A stretch of 64,000 nucleotides of DNA from Enoplolaimus lenunculus (taxonomy: Eukaryota), in NCBI GenBank assembly GCA_030248215.1, contig JASANG010001737.1, forward strand, positions 62,001-126,000. Reading direction: 5' to 3'. Made by a program: the position numbers and the translations under genes. The number at the start of each line of letters is the position of its first letter. Position 1 is the first letter of the stretch. The notes under the pieces were generated by a model. It was not told the origin of the DNA. It searched no databases and saw only the letters and a program-made list of their open reading frames with translations. Of this stretch, positions 1-13,750 are shown in pieces.

Positions 1-646
1 CGCAAGTCGATCTCCTCACCGATACCGGAAGCACCGTTTGTTTTCTGCCGAGTATGGTCTTGGATCCGGCACTATTTCTCACTGCTACGTGTAACCTGCT
101 TGTTTGCCACCGTTATTGGTGAAAGCAAAATTATATCTCTCTACACCTACAATAATGATTTATACACCATACAGCGCTCAGGGTAACTAAATGCACGTGA
201 TATTCACGTTTATATTGTCGATACAGGACATTTTCAGTACACATGTCCTTGTAGCAAAGTGCATGAGTACCAATGAGTATTGGTAGTCTATGTATGCCGT
301 GCTGAATCATGGTTGATTAAATAGGTGTATACAGTTTGTAGCTATTACATAGAGCTTTTGGTAGGTTTACGAGCTGGAATTATGTCGGTAGCGCGTGGTT
401 AGGCGTCTAGCGTTTAGTTTTTGTGTTTTTCAGGTTTAAAAATCCGTTTTGCCAGCGAAGTTATAGTTTTCAATATTTCCTGACATCAACTTTCCAGTTA
501 TATGAAATTTTGTCCGAAACCAGGAAACCACACTTGTGAATATTTGTTTGGTTGTAATAAAAGCTAATAGACAGTTTTGTTCTGGATGATACCCATCGTT
601 TCTTGTATTCAAATTTCATAGAATATTAAGCTGCATTTTAGCAACT

Positions 647-1160
647 CGTCCGTCCGTTTGTCCGAAAAGAATCTCAGGAGCCGCTGAACCGATTTTGATA
701 AACTTTTTTGTTTGGAAGCCTGTTATCCTGGGGTGTGAATCTCACATTGGTGTTTTAAAATATTAAACCGTTTGTTAGCTACAGGCTAATTTGCATAATT
801 CGTTAAGCCTAAATTGGGACTACTTTAGATATTTCACTAATTATTACGGTTACAAGCAATCTAATTTTACCAATAAAGGGATTTTGGGCGCGCGGAATCT
901 AAATAAATTGTCTACATACCTACAGAAACGATAAATTCTGTAGTTATCTAATAGCTACTTTGCATATTTGATAAGCCTAAATTAGGGCTTTGCAATATTT
1001 CACTAATATTTCGGGTTACTGAAGGATTTTTGGGTGCGAAGGATCTGAATAAATTATTCAAAAACCTCCAAACCCGATAAATGAATAGTTAGCTAATAAG
1101 TAATTTGCATATATGCTTAATTGCTTTTCGCTCAATACATGTAGTCCCATTACGACTGGT
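647..1160 (+). mobile_element. DINE-1/Helentron-like non-autonomous element (HINE), 5'-truncated, 2 internal repeat units
   Basis: GTCC microsatellite, shared core GCTGAACCGATTTTG, 3' end CGCTCAATACATGTAGTCCCATTACGACTGGT as in other copies. Confidence 0.75.
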
Positions 1161-2487
1161 ACACTTATATAGCGTTTTCTAAGTAGGACGGTCACACCGT
1201 TACGTTATAACTTGGGCAACCTGGAACACGTTTTGTCTCTATAACAATCGGGGCTAACATTTATCTGCACGTTAATCTGCTGTCAAATTTTGAAACTTGA
1301 GTTGTTTGCTATCCTGATGTGACGTTTACTGTTCATACTGCAAGTACTTATATGATATTCGAAATATTGGCTGCAATATTATGAAATGTTTGACAGTGTC
1401 TGGAAGTGGAACGTTGTGGTAAGCTAGCCTGAATGCCATGTAAACGTTATATATGATGCTAAACTTTGATATTTGAATTTGTTATTCGAAAAATATTTAT
1501 CGAAAATTTCCGTCAAAAACAGGAACATAGGAGCTAATTCAGTATTCGAAATCATTTAGTCTTACGTCAACTAAACTTTCACTATTTTATTAACTGTCTA
1601 CACTTTGTCCTGCATACTATCATGTGATATTTATCAGAATTTTGGAATAAACTCGAGAACAATGATTTGCAAGCCACTGTCATTTGGCATTCACATTTTG
1701 TTGTTCATACCCACCATTTAGATTATATTTTATGTTGACGTCGCATCAACGTAGGCACATGTTGCGAACTGCCCCAATTATAACTTGAATACCACCACCA
1801 CCACATCACCGTTTATCCATTGAATCCAGGATTTTAGATTTGAATCAAGGGTAGACAGACTTGATTTTGGGGAACATGTTCATTCTGCCGCTACATCGCA
1901 TACTCCTGCATCATTTAATATCCAAATTTGAATTTTTAAAAAATTCGTTTTTAAAGCCCCAAGGTTTCCCCTTTTATACCTTTCGACTGAGCTTGGTAAG
2001 TAGTATATAATTTGTTTACCTTTTTGACAGACAAAAACTTTTCGGTCCCAAGGTCGGACCCTTGGCAACATAAAAAGTTGATTTTTTCCAAAATTCAAAT
2101 TTGGATGTGAAATAATCAGAGGAGGTCATGAGAAGTTTAAATATGCGAAATAAAATTTCAAAATCGAACCATTTATGGGCAAATGCCGGCCGGGGGACTA
2201 GAGTAAAACGAAAAATACCTGCAACTATTAATGTCTGCGATATTGTATTTAAACTGCAATTATGATGTCTCAGATATTCCATTAGTCACAGCCAGTGACA
2301 TTTTCATTTTACACGTATTTGTTGACGCATCAAATTGAATCAATCTATTTTGATTGAAGTTTTATAGTATAGCATTAATTAAAATGTATTGGAACCAAAA
2401 AAACACGTGTTGGCTTGTAGGCACTGGACAACCAAAAATTTAAATTTGTTTAGCTAAGAATGCAGTTGCAGCTTAGAGTTTAGCGCT

Positions 2488-2650
2488 CGGGCCCATAGCC
2501 AAAGGAGGGGTCAGGAGGGCTCACCGCCCTTGGAAAGTTTTGGCCCCCTAGAAAGTTTTGAACCTTGCACATAACTCATTGAAAACCCTTGAATCCCCCG
2601 TCTGAAAAATTTTTAGCCCCCCTTAGCAAGGTGAACTGGCTGCGGGCCTG
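2488..2650. mobile_element. hAT-type MITE family A
   Basis: C(A/G)GGCCC.TAGCC termini; 8-bp TSD TTAGCGCT/CTAGCGCT. Confidence 0.8.
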
Positions 2651-4650
2651 CTAGCGCTTACGCCGATGCTTAAAATCAGGCTGTCGCTTAAAGCTAACGT
2701 TAGACGCTAACGTTAGCTTAATGCTTAAGCCACAACCTTATTTAACTCATCGGTGGTGTAATCGCATACAATCACTTTGGTCACACTTTCTACTTTTCAA
2801 TCTGTGTTTACTAACATCAGACTACTGGCCATACATCTTGCGTAGCAGGTGCTCGTAAACCAAGGGGGATTGAAGGCTGAGCCGTTTTGTCTAAAATTTG
2901 ACCGCCTTCGAAAAAACTTTTGGCTAATAGTATTTAATTTCTACAAATGACACGCTTTTGAAATTTGTTTCGTCTCGCTTACCAAATTTTATGTTTACTA
3001 GCGTAATGTAAACATTATTAATATTTTTATTGTTTTGTTTGCTAGTTTTATATGTCACTTTATTTGTCTTGAAATGTTGTATATTGCAGTGTTCTTCACT
3101 CTCCGCCTCGTCAGAATTATTCTGACTCTCCCCTGTACCCGCGACAACATCTTTATGACGTTTACTGCATATGACATTTTGTCTGGGAATGTTATAATTC
3201 GCATCTGTCTCCCACCCTCAGTTCATCTTGTCACTGCTCCGTTCAGTTTGTTTCTGCTCGAACTTTGTCGCAGTGGGACGTCGCCAGAGACGACCAGTAA
3301 AAGTTCGGCTTCCATAGGAAATGTCCGCCCCCAGAAGTGGTTTTGAAGTGTCGCTTGTAAATGATGCGGATTTCCGGCGTGTCCCTCGGAACATTTTTTG
3401 CGCACCCTCGCAGCATGTTGAGCTAGCTACGGGCGTTGGTGACAGGCAGGAAGTTGACATATTTGTTCGCTCAACTCGACTAGAGTTTAATACTATCAAT
3501 AAGAAGTTTGACAGTAATTGATTGATTGAGTATTCTAGGTGGACAGCACATTCAAATCGTATATTTTACCAATTGTAAGAGTGCTGCATTGCGGAGCATA
3601 ACGTTGAGGGGTGTGAGTGTAGACGGGTGTGAGCCCCCCTAATGTATCTTGACAGAGACGCCACGCAGATTTATAGACAAAGTTACCGCTCTTATACTCT
3701 TTCCCGTCCAGGTATGTTTTGGTTGCGGCTTGAACTTTGGCTTAGGATTCGGTTTACCTAAAGTTTAAGCTTAAGCATTTGTCTAAGTCTGTGCTTAAGC
3801 GTAAACCTGGGTCTTAGCGTCAAATGTGTAGAAAAAGGTCCATGAGCATGTAACGTTATTACCGTAGACATCCTACTAAGCTTAGGACGTCTGTTGTTAA
3901 CTGCGTCGTTATTCGTTGACCCCCGTCATATTTTTACCCCAATTATATTTTACCATTTACTCTCGCGATATTTTTACCTCGTATCATTTTTGCCCGTAAA
4001 AGCCCAGCGATACTTAGGCCATCATGTGTTTACTGCCTTCATAGTCTTACTACCGTCATACTTTTACGCCGTTACAATGTCTTACCCTGTTGCTATTGTA
4101 AATTTAAAAATAGTCTATAATCAACCCCTGAGATGTTACGAACATCTTCATTCGTGTTTTCGTATATTTGCAATCTTGCAAACCAATCTGTAATTGATTA
4201 CAATTGAACCAGAGTCTGACATCATCGCTTTTCGAAAGCTTACGTTCAGTTTAAGTTCTTTAATCGAATCTCATTTTCAACTGCTTTAAAGCAACGAAGC
4301 AGGTAGGAATGATTGTTGAAATACTTTTCGTTTTATATGAGCTCATTAAATCGAAAATGTGGGTGTGAAAAGCAGGAAACAACATCACGAAGGGTATGAA
4401 GATCTGACAGGTACTGGGGTTACTATATGATAGTCCATTGGGGCGGGGGTGGGTGGGGGTAACAATATGATTGGGCTAAAATTATGGTACGACACCGACG
4501 GTTTGTGCTTAACCCCATGCGTTGTGTAGCCCCCCCCCCCCGGCGTCGCTTTGCGTAGTTGCGGAGTCCAGCCTATCCATTGGAAAGGGTTTGCGTACCC
4601 TGTGTATACGTAAAAAATTATAAGCAATAAAATTTTAAGGCTGACGTCAA

Positions 4651-4824
4651 CAGGAACGTAGCCAGCTCACTTTGATAAGGGGGGCTAAACATTTTTCAGG
4701 AGGCGCATACAAGGGTTTCCGATGAATTACAAGCAACTCAAGCAAAGTTGAAAACGTTCTAGGGCGGGTTAAAATACTTCCAGGGGCTGAGCCTTCCTCG
4801 GCCCCAATCTGGCTACGGGCCCCG
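4651..4824. mobile_element. hAT-type MITE family A
   Basis: Perfect 8-bp TSD GACGTCAA; shared interior AGCCAGCTCAC...AAGGGTTT. Confidence 0.85.
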
Positions 4825-4995
4825 GACGTCAACCTTATACTTTAGTTGCGGATTTACGAAAGGTTACTTTTATTAAAATGACATCGTGGATGCAGGTCGG
4901 ACGCTGTATGCAAAATTTTTCAAAATCGGACCATTTTGCGTCAGATATCACGTTTGCACTCCATCTTCCTGGACAGCAGCATTTTGCGTAATATT

Positions 4996-5166
4996 CAGGC
5001 ATGTAGCTTAGCTCACATTGCTAGGGAGGCTAAAATTTATTCACAATGACATCCAAAAGTTTTCAATAACTTACTAGCAAGTTTGCAAACTTTCTGGTGG
5101 GGGGAGGCAAAAATTTTTCAGCGGGACTCAGCCCCCCCCTCGCCTTCCACCTTGACTGCGGGCCCG
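4996..5166. mobile_element. hAT-type MITE family A
   Basis: Same termini and interior; TSD GTAATATT/ACAATATT. Confidence 0.72.
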
Positions 5167-6115
5167 ACAATATTAAAATTGAATTGTAAACTGTATTAAA
5201 GTCTGGGATAGGTATCGATTGAAAAAATTTCAGTAGAAAAAAGTTTTTTAAAATTCATTGTGTATAGTTTGAGGTGAATATGTTGTATATGTATACTATA
5301 CAAAATACTGTTTGATTTGAAAATAAAATGCTGTTGTGCTTGCAAGGATAGTGAAATTTTTGCAAGGTTTGTTTAGTTGAGGGTCGTATCCAGTTGGATG
5401 TCGTCCCTGTTATTTGCCCTGTGGACACAAAGGACCACGATGCGCTGCGCCCTTCAGCAATACTCAGGGTATCATTAGTAAAAAAATTGTCAATTTTCAC
5501 ATAATAAATTGCCAGCATTTTGATCAAACTTGAACAGTGATTAGGCTTGTGTGTGTATTATAAGCCAATCAGATTCACATAGATGGGCCAAGCTTTTAAG
5601 TTGCACATCATGTTATGAAACACAATTTTTAATATGTAATATATATCATATGCAGTGAAAAATTGTAAGGCAGAGATCTTATTTTATCACCAAAAATTCG
5701 GACGGGAAAACGGTTGACGTACGCTTCCGTTCCCGACTGGATCCCATAGTCGAGTATTAGTGGATCCGCTACCAATTCGCGCAGCACACAATCTGTGTGG
5801 TTGCCGCATTGATGACAACGTTTTGCCCATTATATTTTAGATTTATAGTATGTGGGGTTTATTAAAACTATGTTGCTTGTTGTTGTCCCAACAAGCAACA
5901 CCGTTTGTTTCGAAAAAATACCAGTTGTTTACGAGAAGCACAGTTTGATATTTTCGGCATTCTTTTACATAAAAGCTTATTGATATTTATTGGCAATTGC
6001 CAGGGGGGGTTGTTATATAATTTGGCCATTTGAGTTCGTTGTTGTGTTTTAAAGGGTTTGATTCGTTACGAGGCGGAAGCTGCTAAGTGAACCAAATGGC
6101 ACGGGTGAAGAGTTG

Positions 6116-6292
6116 GGCCAATGTAAAGAACAAGGGCGGAACAGGATTATAAGCATATTCCTAAGCTTAAGCGTAAGCCTACGCGTAAGATTGAGCATAT
6201 ACCTAAACCAAGCAAAAATTAGTCTAAAGCTTAAGCTTACTCTTTTATAGTCCCACAGAAAAACTTTCCGCCCCTGATGTTTACATGGAGCC
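6116..6292. mobile_element. GGCC-ended MITE with degenerate GCCTAA repeats
   Basis: Ends GGCCAATGTAAAG...TTTACATGGAGCC; flanking duplication AGAGTTG(G). Confidence 0.75.
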
Positions 6293-8807
6293 AGAGTTGG
6301 AAGCGAGGCGGATTATTAAAAGCCAATAGGTTTAGGCGTTTTTAGTACTCAGCCAGGATCTACGACTACGAGCCCAGTCGAGTAAACCACTGAAACTGTT
6401 GCCGAATAAATACGAAGCTCGTAAATATCAATTGACCGTATTTACCGTTTAAAATTTTTGTGCTGCTTCTTGGCTATAAATAGAAACGTCTTAAAGTGAC
6501 GCTGACTTCGTCGGCGCGCCGCCCGTCCCCACCCCCCCCAACGCATCCAAATAAGACCCCCGGGACAACGAGGGGCGGCGCGCACCCAACAAAAAGTATA
6601 GCGCAGCCCTTATTAACAACTTTGAGAGTAGGGACATACGAGAGTGGGTATTGAAGTGATTTTAAAAATATAGTAGGGACATAAATACGCCAGAAAGAAA
6701 AAATTATTACCCAAAAAAACGAAAAAAAAAAAGAACCGAGGAACTGATTCTGCTAATTGGTTCGTTTCAGTGGTCAAGTTTTTAGTCAATGGCGGAACCA
6801 TTGGCCCCCCAACAGCATCTCGACAAAAATTATTGTGTCAATTGCTGTTCTACGCTGTTTATTTCTCTGTTTTATACACAATAGTATAAGCACGCTTTAA
6901 AGTTTCGAACTCACTGTTTATTTGGCCCTGGAGTCATTTATGCGCAACAATTAGGAATAATAGACATTTATGGACTCTAACAAGGGTTTAAGGACTCTAC
7001 CCGCTTACGGACTCTTATTAGGGATACGGACTCCTATTAATTGGCTATTAATTGGGACTCAAAATGGGGACCCCACCTCTTATTTGGGCCACTGCAGTAT
7101 AGGTCAAAAACAAGTTTATTACCTGTGAAATTTTGCCCCCCCCCCCCATTTTGAGATCCTGGATCCGCCATTGTTTTTAGTCATCATTACCCAAAACATT
7201 TCAATTTTCAAATTTTGGGATCACGGCACCGAACTGGGGCACCACTTGACGACATAAAATAAGTCATAAATTGTAAAAATGCCATTATTCTAATCTGTTC
7301 TGTGTAAATATTGCTAAACAGTTCGTTTTTTATACTGTTATAGATCTGCGGACCAATGATATTTTTCTAGGGGCCTACCATTAGCCTAAGCATATTCCTA
7401 ATTATAAATTACAAGCCTCGACTTCAGTGTAAAGATGCTTCTAAAACTATAAGCCTAAGAATAACTTAATCTAAATCGTAAGCTTGGAGTATTGCAGCCT
7501 CGCTAAGGAAACGATAGACGTTAAAAGTAACTTCATTCGCCAGAACATTGTTTCTTTAATTTTTGGATACGAAACTTGTAAGAAGAAACGTGGAACTTCA
7601 TAACAGCCAATTTTGATTGCAAGTGGTGGTTGCTGTATAGAAAGTGCTAAAGTTTCTTGAAAGCTAACCTTCTCCTATCTTTGTTTTTGCAGGGGTTTGT
7701 CTAGTATTCTCCTTCGCTTTCAGCCGGTGTTTATAACAAATAGCTCACGTACGTCCGTTGTCACAGCTGGGTCGTTGGCACTCAGCTCCCTTGCGAAAGA
7801 AGATTGTCCTCTTGCCTGCGGGAAAGTCTTCACCTCACTAGGAAGCAGGGTTCGAGTAGGAACTAAAGTTTTACCGAAACAGGGAACAGGAACAGGGATT
7901 TGAAATCATTTTCATCACCGAATTACTGTGGGAATTTTACGAAAAATAACCAACACATGGCTTAAACTAATTTTCAGCTATTTCATCATCGTATTTTGCG
8001 AAAACACGACAGATTTTTAATATAACAGTTTATTAACAAAATTCAACTAATTGTAAAAACACTCATTTCAAAATGACAACTGTTTCAAGACAAACTGTCA
8101 AATTTCTAAATGAATTTTTGCAGGAATTCCGTTGGAACCCTGCTTGTAAGGTATGTAACATGCTTGGATGACCTCCTGAAAAAATTGTAGGCTACCCCTG
8201 CATGATGAGCAGCTGGCTACGGGCATGGGTCCGCATGTTTTGATTGGATCTGCAATTCTTCGTCCGACAACTTGTCGGCCAACAGTGTCCTAAAGTTTGT
8301 GAATCAATTTAAGCACAATCCTTAACGTAAGCGTAAGCATAAGGATGGGCGACGAATTGTCGAGTCGGTGCAATTTCTGATTACAAGTTGTCGTACGACG
8401 AATTGTCGTGATACCGTTTTGACCATATAGTTTTAGCAAAGCTGGATATCACACACACACCTACAAGTTTGAAATTTCGGCGGCGCGCTTTTGATCAATT
8501 AAGCTTAACTAATATTAAAGCATAAATTTTAACATTAGACTTAGACCTTACGCTCTAAAAGCATATGACTATAAAAATAAGCGATATTATCAGCGGTGAA
8601 CGGGTAAGCGTACTGAACAGGGAGTATTCTCTGAAATTCCTTGATAAATGAACTTGATACATTTGCTTACACCGCAAAATTAACCTGCATTGTTCTGAGG
8701 CTAAAAAATGTATTTTACCTATTATCTGTGTCGTTACTAGCAAAGTTTGACATTGGAACTTAATACCATTTTGAAATGAATTCTGGCAATGTGCCATATT
8801 ATACTAC

Positions 8808-8980
8808 CCAGCCCGTAACTAGCTCACCTTGGTAGAGAGGATTAAAAATGTCTCAGGAGGAGCATACAAGGATTTTCGTTGACTTACAAGCAAGGTTGAA
8901 AATTTTCCACGGTGGCCAATGTGTTTCCAGGTGGGGCCTGAACCGCTTGTCCCCCTGGGCCCGCCTTGACTACGGACCCG
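8808..8980. mobile_element. hAT-type MITE family A
   Basis: Same interior; TSD TATACTAC/CATACTAC. Confidence 0.78.
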
Positions 8981-10476
8981 CATACTACCAATACTGAGAC
9001 TGTAACAGAAAAAATTATTGCACCAAATGTGCTGCTAATTTTAGCAATTTTGTGTATTTTATGTGAATTTGATAACCGAAATTAAAGTCCATTTTGAAAT
9101 GCAAACAGTAGTATTAATAATCAAACGATCAATGCCGCTTTCTGTTTTTTTTGTATAACTGGCACGCAGTGTTACTGATTTTTTTGGCCTGAAAAATTAT
9201 CGCATAACATATCTCATCTCAACCTGTATGCATTCACGTGGAAACGCAAAATCACCGGGTTATATCGAACTACTTACTGTTATTTGGATTTACGTTTTCC
9301 GGTGCAATAGCAGATTTCGTCCATTGCACATTGTGTTGCCCTCCAGAAAACAATGCGCTAGCTGGATCTTCTACCCGTGGGAAAAATCCACTGGCGGATT
9401 TCTTTCCATCCTAGGGGATTATTCCGGGCATCTTTCCCACTGGCTTTGCCGTGGTCCTGAGGGAAAACGGAACACCTATAAAGGTAACCGCTCGCCAGTT
9501 TTCCAAGTGCTACCAGCAGTTTCGTTTGGTAGGCATATGAGCCAGGAGAAAAATTTGGTTTTGGTGGTTGTTGGCTGGGCCTAGGCCTAGCTGAGTCCCA
9601 TTGCATCCGACCAGTGTAAGCAACTTACAATTGTGTTTATTGTTTATCCATCGTAGTATTCATTGTTCGTTTTTTTCGTCAATTTTTCCCTCACATGAGC
9701 AATGACGAAGAATTAAATAACTGGTGTGGCTGTACTGTTGCTTTTGAAACAGTTGATTAATGATATTTTCGAAAAAAAAAACAGAAAACGTCCAGGGAGA
9801 TAAAAACTACTCAGGGGGTCTGACTCATTCATTAATAGTTTACAAATGTTTGAAATTTCAGAAATTTTAAAAACAAGGTGCAACGCCTTCGATGTCGTTG
9901 TTATATGTTTGAAATATTGTTTTTAATTTATTTATGTTATTTTGGTACTTTAGACAGATGGCTTTGAGTTGATATCGTTTGAATTGACCCGTTCTTTATA
10001 GAAGCCCCTGTCTGATGGTAGAAGACAGGGAGGCTGGTGAACTTAGAGACTTGAACTGTGAGTGTCTTAGGATTAGCATTAGGAACAGGCGTTTGTTTGG
10101 GCTTCCGCTTTAGGCAGGCGTAGTGGACAAACCCTTACATTTAGCACGGTCCGTAAAATTGATCATGTATCGAATATTATGACTAGCGTAAACGTCGGTG
10201 TGCAACCGGAAGTAAGCTTCCGGGTCCAGCAGAAAATGAACCTCAGGCGTTGATAGAAATGTTTGACAGACCTGAACCGACAGTTTCAATGATTAACTCT
10301 GTCGTATTTTTTATGTATAAGCAATAACTTTGATGCGATTTTGAAATGTTTAATTGCCGAATTGCTTAAACAATGCTTGAGAGCATAATTTGTTATTATT
10401 AACACCTAAGACCTTGGCCGATTTTTTAATTATATATTTTAAATGCGCAAATTCCACATTTTTTCAGTGTTCTACA

Positions 10477-10666
10477 GGCCAATGTTACTTTAAGGGGCGT
10501 CCAGGTTTCTGGTGGGTCTATAAAAGAGTAGGTTTAGATTCTAGATACATTTTTTGCTTAGGCTTAGGCTTAGGCTTAGGAACTCATTTTTTGTAACGCT
10601 TAGGCGTAGGCTTAGGCTTAGGAATACGTTTAATCTACGGTTATGCCCCTTAAAGTAACATTGGCC
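10477..10666. mobile_element. GGCC-ended MITE carrying TTAGGC arrays
   Basis: Perfect 22-bp TIR GGCCAATGTTACTTTAAGGGGC (10477-10498/10645-10666); TSD GTTCTACA/GTTCTACT. Confidence 0.88.
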
Positions 10667-10935
10667 GTTCTACTCATGCTTTGACGACAGTGAGCATAGA
10701 AATGAAGTGTGCTTTCAGCATTTCTTAAGCGAATTTTGTTAATATAAAATGCAGCGTTTTCTTGAGTTTCTAGTTCTGGAAACCTAAATATTTGTACAAG
10801 AGTTGCGGTCCTGTGTTAAGGAGATATGATCCAAAGTTGATAAAATAAAGTGCGTAGCTATCATGAGTTTAGATGGTTTGAAGTCCACAATTTATGAACC
10901 AAGAAACACTTTGCGCCTGTTACATAAGGATTTAA

Positions 10936-11198
10936 CACTTTCTCACATGAATATTTTCTATTTCCCCTGAGACTTACTTTTATGCTAGAATTCGAACTCC
11001 AGTGACAGGAGTGAGAGGCGTATACCATTACCACTCAGCTATAGGAGTTTGACGCTCGAGCCCGAGGGCGCTCTCATGTCTTGTGGTGATTTAGTACTAT
11101 GTATACGTGTTGCTATTGTTAAACACGGTGCGATATATATTATTTAACGTATATACACTGCGCTGAGTTGCCCATAGGCAACTTAATGTGAGAAGAGG
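10936..11198. mobile_element. piggyBac-type MITE with an internal tRNA-like cassette
   Basis: TTAA left, TCAA right; TTCTCACAT/ATGTGAGAA TIR; minus-strand A box TAGCTGAGTGG and B box GAGTTCGAATTC; colinear with the 59013 copy. Confidence 0.72.
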
Positions 11199-11678
11199 TC
11201 AATACCAAAATTACGTTTAGCTTTTCGCTTGCTCCTCTCGTAAACTTTTTGCGTAGATTACATGCACAGTACCGGTAGGTTGGGAATATTTAGCGATCAA
11301 ATCACGCTTTCGAAGTGACACAAGGGTTTAAATTATTAATTGCAACACGTCAGTTGTAAACTTGAGTCCAGGTTTCGGGGCTCGCTTCGTTTGCGAATTC
11401 TTCATACCATAACCTTTACTATCTTTAGCGTCTAGCTGCATAGGCACTTCGCAATCAAAACTCGCTGGCTAAGCGCCTTTGTAACATGTATATAGATGTT
11501 ATGGAAATTCTTCAAGCATGGTCTTTACTATGGGGGCATACTTATTATTTTGCACCCCCATTTTTTAAATGCTTCCGTCGCCACTGTTTACAGAGACAGA
11601 AATAATTTCGCAAGAACTCAGAAAATCGCATTAAAACACGAAACACAGAATTTTTGAGATGTTACTAAGTAGGCTACA

Positions 11679-11847
11679 CAGGCTCGTAGCCAGCTCAGCG
11701 TCCTAGGGGTGGCTAAAACTTTTTCAGGAGTGCTATACAAGGGTACGTCGATGACTTATAAGCAACGTTGAAAATTTCCTAGGGATGAGCAAAATTCTCT
11801 CAACAAACGGGGCTGTGAGCCCCTGGCTGCGTCTTGCTACGGACCTG
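11679..11847. mobile_element. hAT-type MITE family A
   Basis: CAGG...CCTG termini; perfect TSD AGGCTACA. Confidence 0.87.
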
Positions 11848-13750
11848 AGGCTACAGATTAAGCTTTATGAAGCGGAAATTAAAAATTTGCAAACTACAAA
11901 CTTTGCCAAATTTTTCACAAAAAAACAAATTTCAGAGGTGGGGCGTATGTATAATAACAACAGCAACTCAACACATGTTTGTTGACAATTTACACGTTTC
12001 TAGTCTTCTTGCAACAAGCAGTTGTGTTGCGTTTGTAGTAATTGTGCAAGCGGCTTTTTTTTTAAATTTTTAGCCTGTCAAAAGCTGTGTTTTTAGTTAT
12101 TATCAACTGGGATTACTCGAGGTCGGCCGTATAAACGATTCAGATAGCTGTTCACGCTAAATTGGCAAATTGTTAACAATGATTCATCCAGTCAGTGGCT
12201 CTGCGTGGTAAATATCAACTCGTGTTTTGAGCTCTACCCCTGCCCACCTCTGTATGCCCCTGTGTTATTTTATGTATTTATGTTAAAATTGCTTCTTTAC
12301 TCTGTTTATTTTTTATTGTTTTTTGCTAAAAAATTGACAAATAAAACTTGAATAATTCCTCACTGCAAATACAAGAACTCAGAGGGTGTGAGTTGATGCT
12401 GTACTTTGCAAGCTGAAATCACTGGAGTAGGGAAACCATCCATAGGGGCGGATCTAATTTTGTTTGGTGCGAAGAATCTTTTAAAGCCCGTGGCCAGGAA
12501 TTGTTAGCAGAGGAATCGAAGCAGCTTAAGGGCTGGAAAAAATATCTTAACATTGAATTTATTTAATTACGAAAAAATTTCGGATCAGGGGGCAGCGAGG
12601 TCCGTACATGGCAGCCCTGTAGTTGTAGGGCTATTGAAAGAGTGCATTCACTAATAATGCTTTCTTTCAAATGAGTTTTTTTCTTAAATAAGGTTATTGG
12701 GGTTAAGGTATCTTACCATCATTCAGCACTCGCCTGTGCTTTACCAGAATCCGCCAGTAGGACTCACCCATTTATTTAAGCCCTTTGTTTTTGGTGCCTA
12801 ACTTTGGAATGAATTTAAACAACAAGCAGCCCCTGAAAAGAGCAAGAAAACGGTGTTGGTAGTAAAAGACTAAGATTCTGCGCCGACTAATTGCCAAATA
12901 CACTTATTGGACTTGCAAGTTCAAATATTGCAGTTGTTGCAATTAAAAATGGTATATTCGGATGAATTTAAGTGTTTCACCGCAATTAATGCGTGCTTTA
13001 ATTGATGCTAACGAAGGGAAATTAGCTATACCACTCAAATATAGTTAGACGTATTTTGTTCATTTTCGCTTCAGCTTCAAAAATGGTAAATTAATATTGC
13101 ACACAATGTCTCAAGCTTTGGTAAATTACCCGTTAATGGGCTGTTGGGATAAACAAAGACATTGAAAAGACAATAGGATTAGCGCGGATGCTTCAAGCGT
13201 TTTGTGAACTGACACAAATTGTGCTTCGAAGGCACCGAACGAGCGAACATTTTTACATCATTAATATTTTTGGCATTTTCTTAGACAACCATATTATTTG
13301 AAAATATTGTGCGACATCGTACGAAACAATGTTGGAAACCAATGGGCAAAGACTCAGCGCCCTTCTTGCGAATTTTCAGTCGGAAGAGTTTAATTTCGCA
13401 ACAAAATAATGTTCGTTTAAAGCCTAATACTATGTTAGCTAAACTGTAACCTTGCCAAATCCTTGATATTGTTGTAATTGCTAAAACGCGGAATCCATGT
13501 TTTATAAAATTGGTAACCCGACACATAAACTGCCATTAACAGACAGCCTGCCTCTGGCCGTCTCAAATACAAAATGTAAAATTGTACTGACAAGACAGTT
13601 TAATTATTTGCTGGAAGTTTTTGTGCATCCAAAAGTGTCGTATTGTTACGCTCTTCACTGCGAACTCTGAGATAATCTAACAGTGGCATAATTGTTGGGG
13701 ATACTAAGGGGTTAAGCCCACCTCCTTGCCCCCAAGTTTTCTAATTATTA

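Noticed and set aside
10980..11047. Functional tRNA-Glu(CTC) gene
   Set aside because: Acceptor and anticodon stems do not pair; it lies inside a TTAA-flanked repeat with a diverged second copy.
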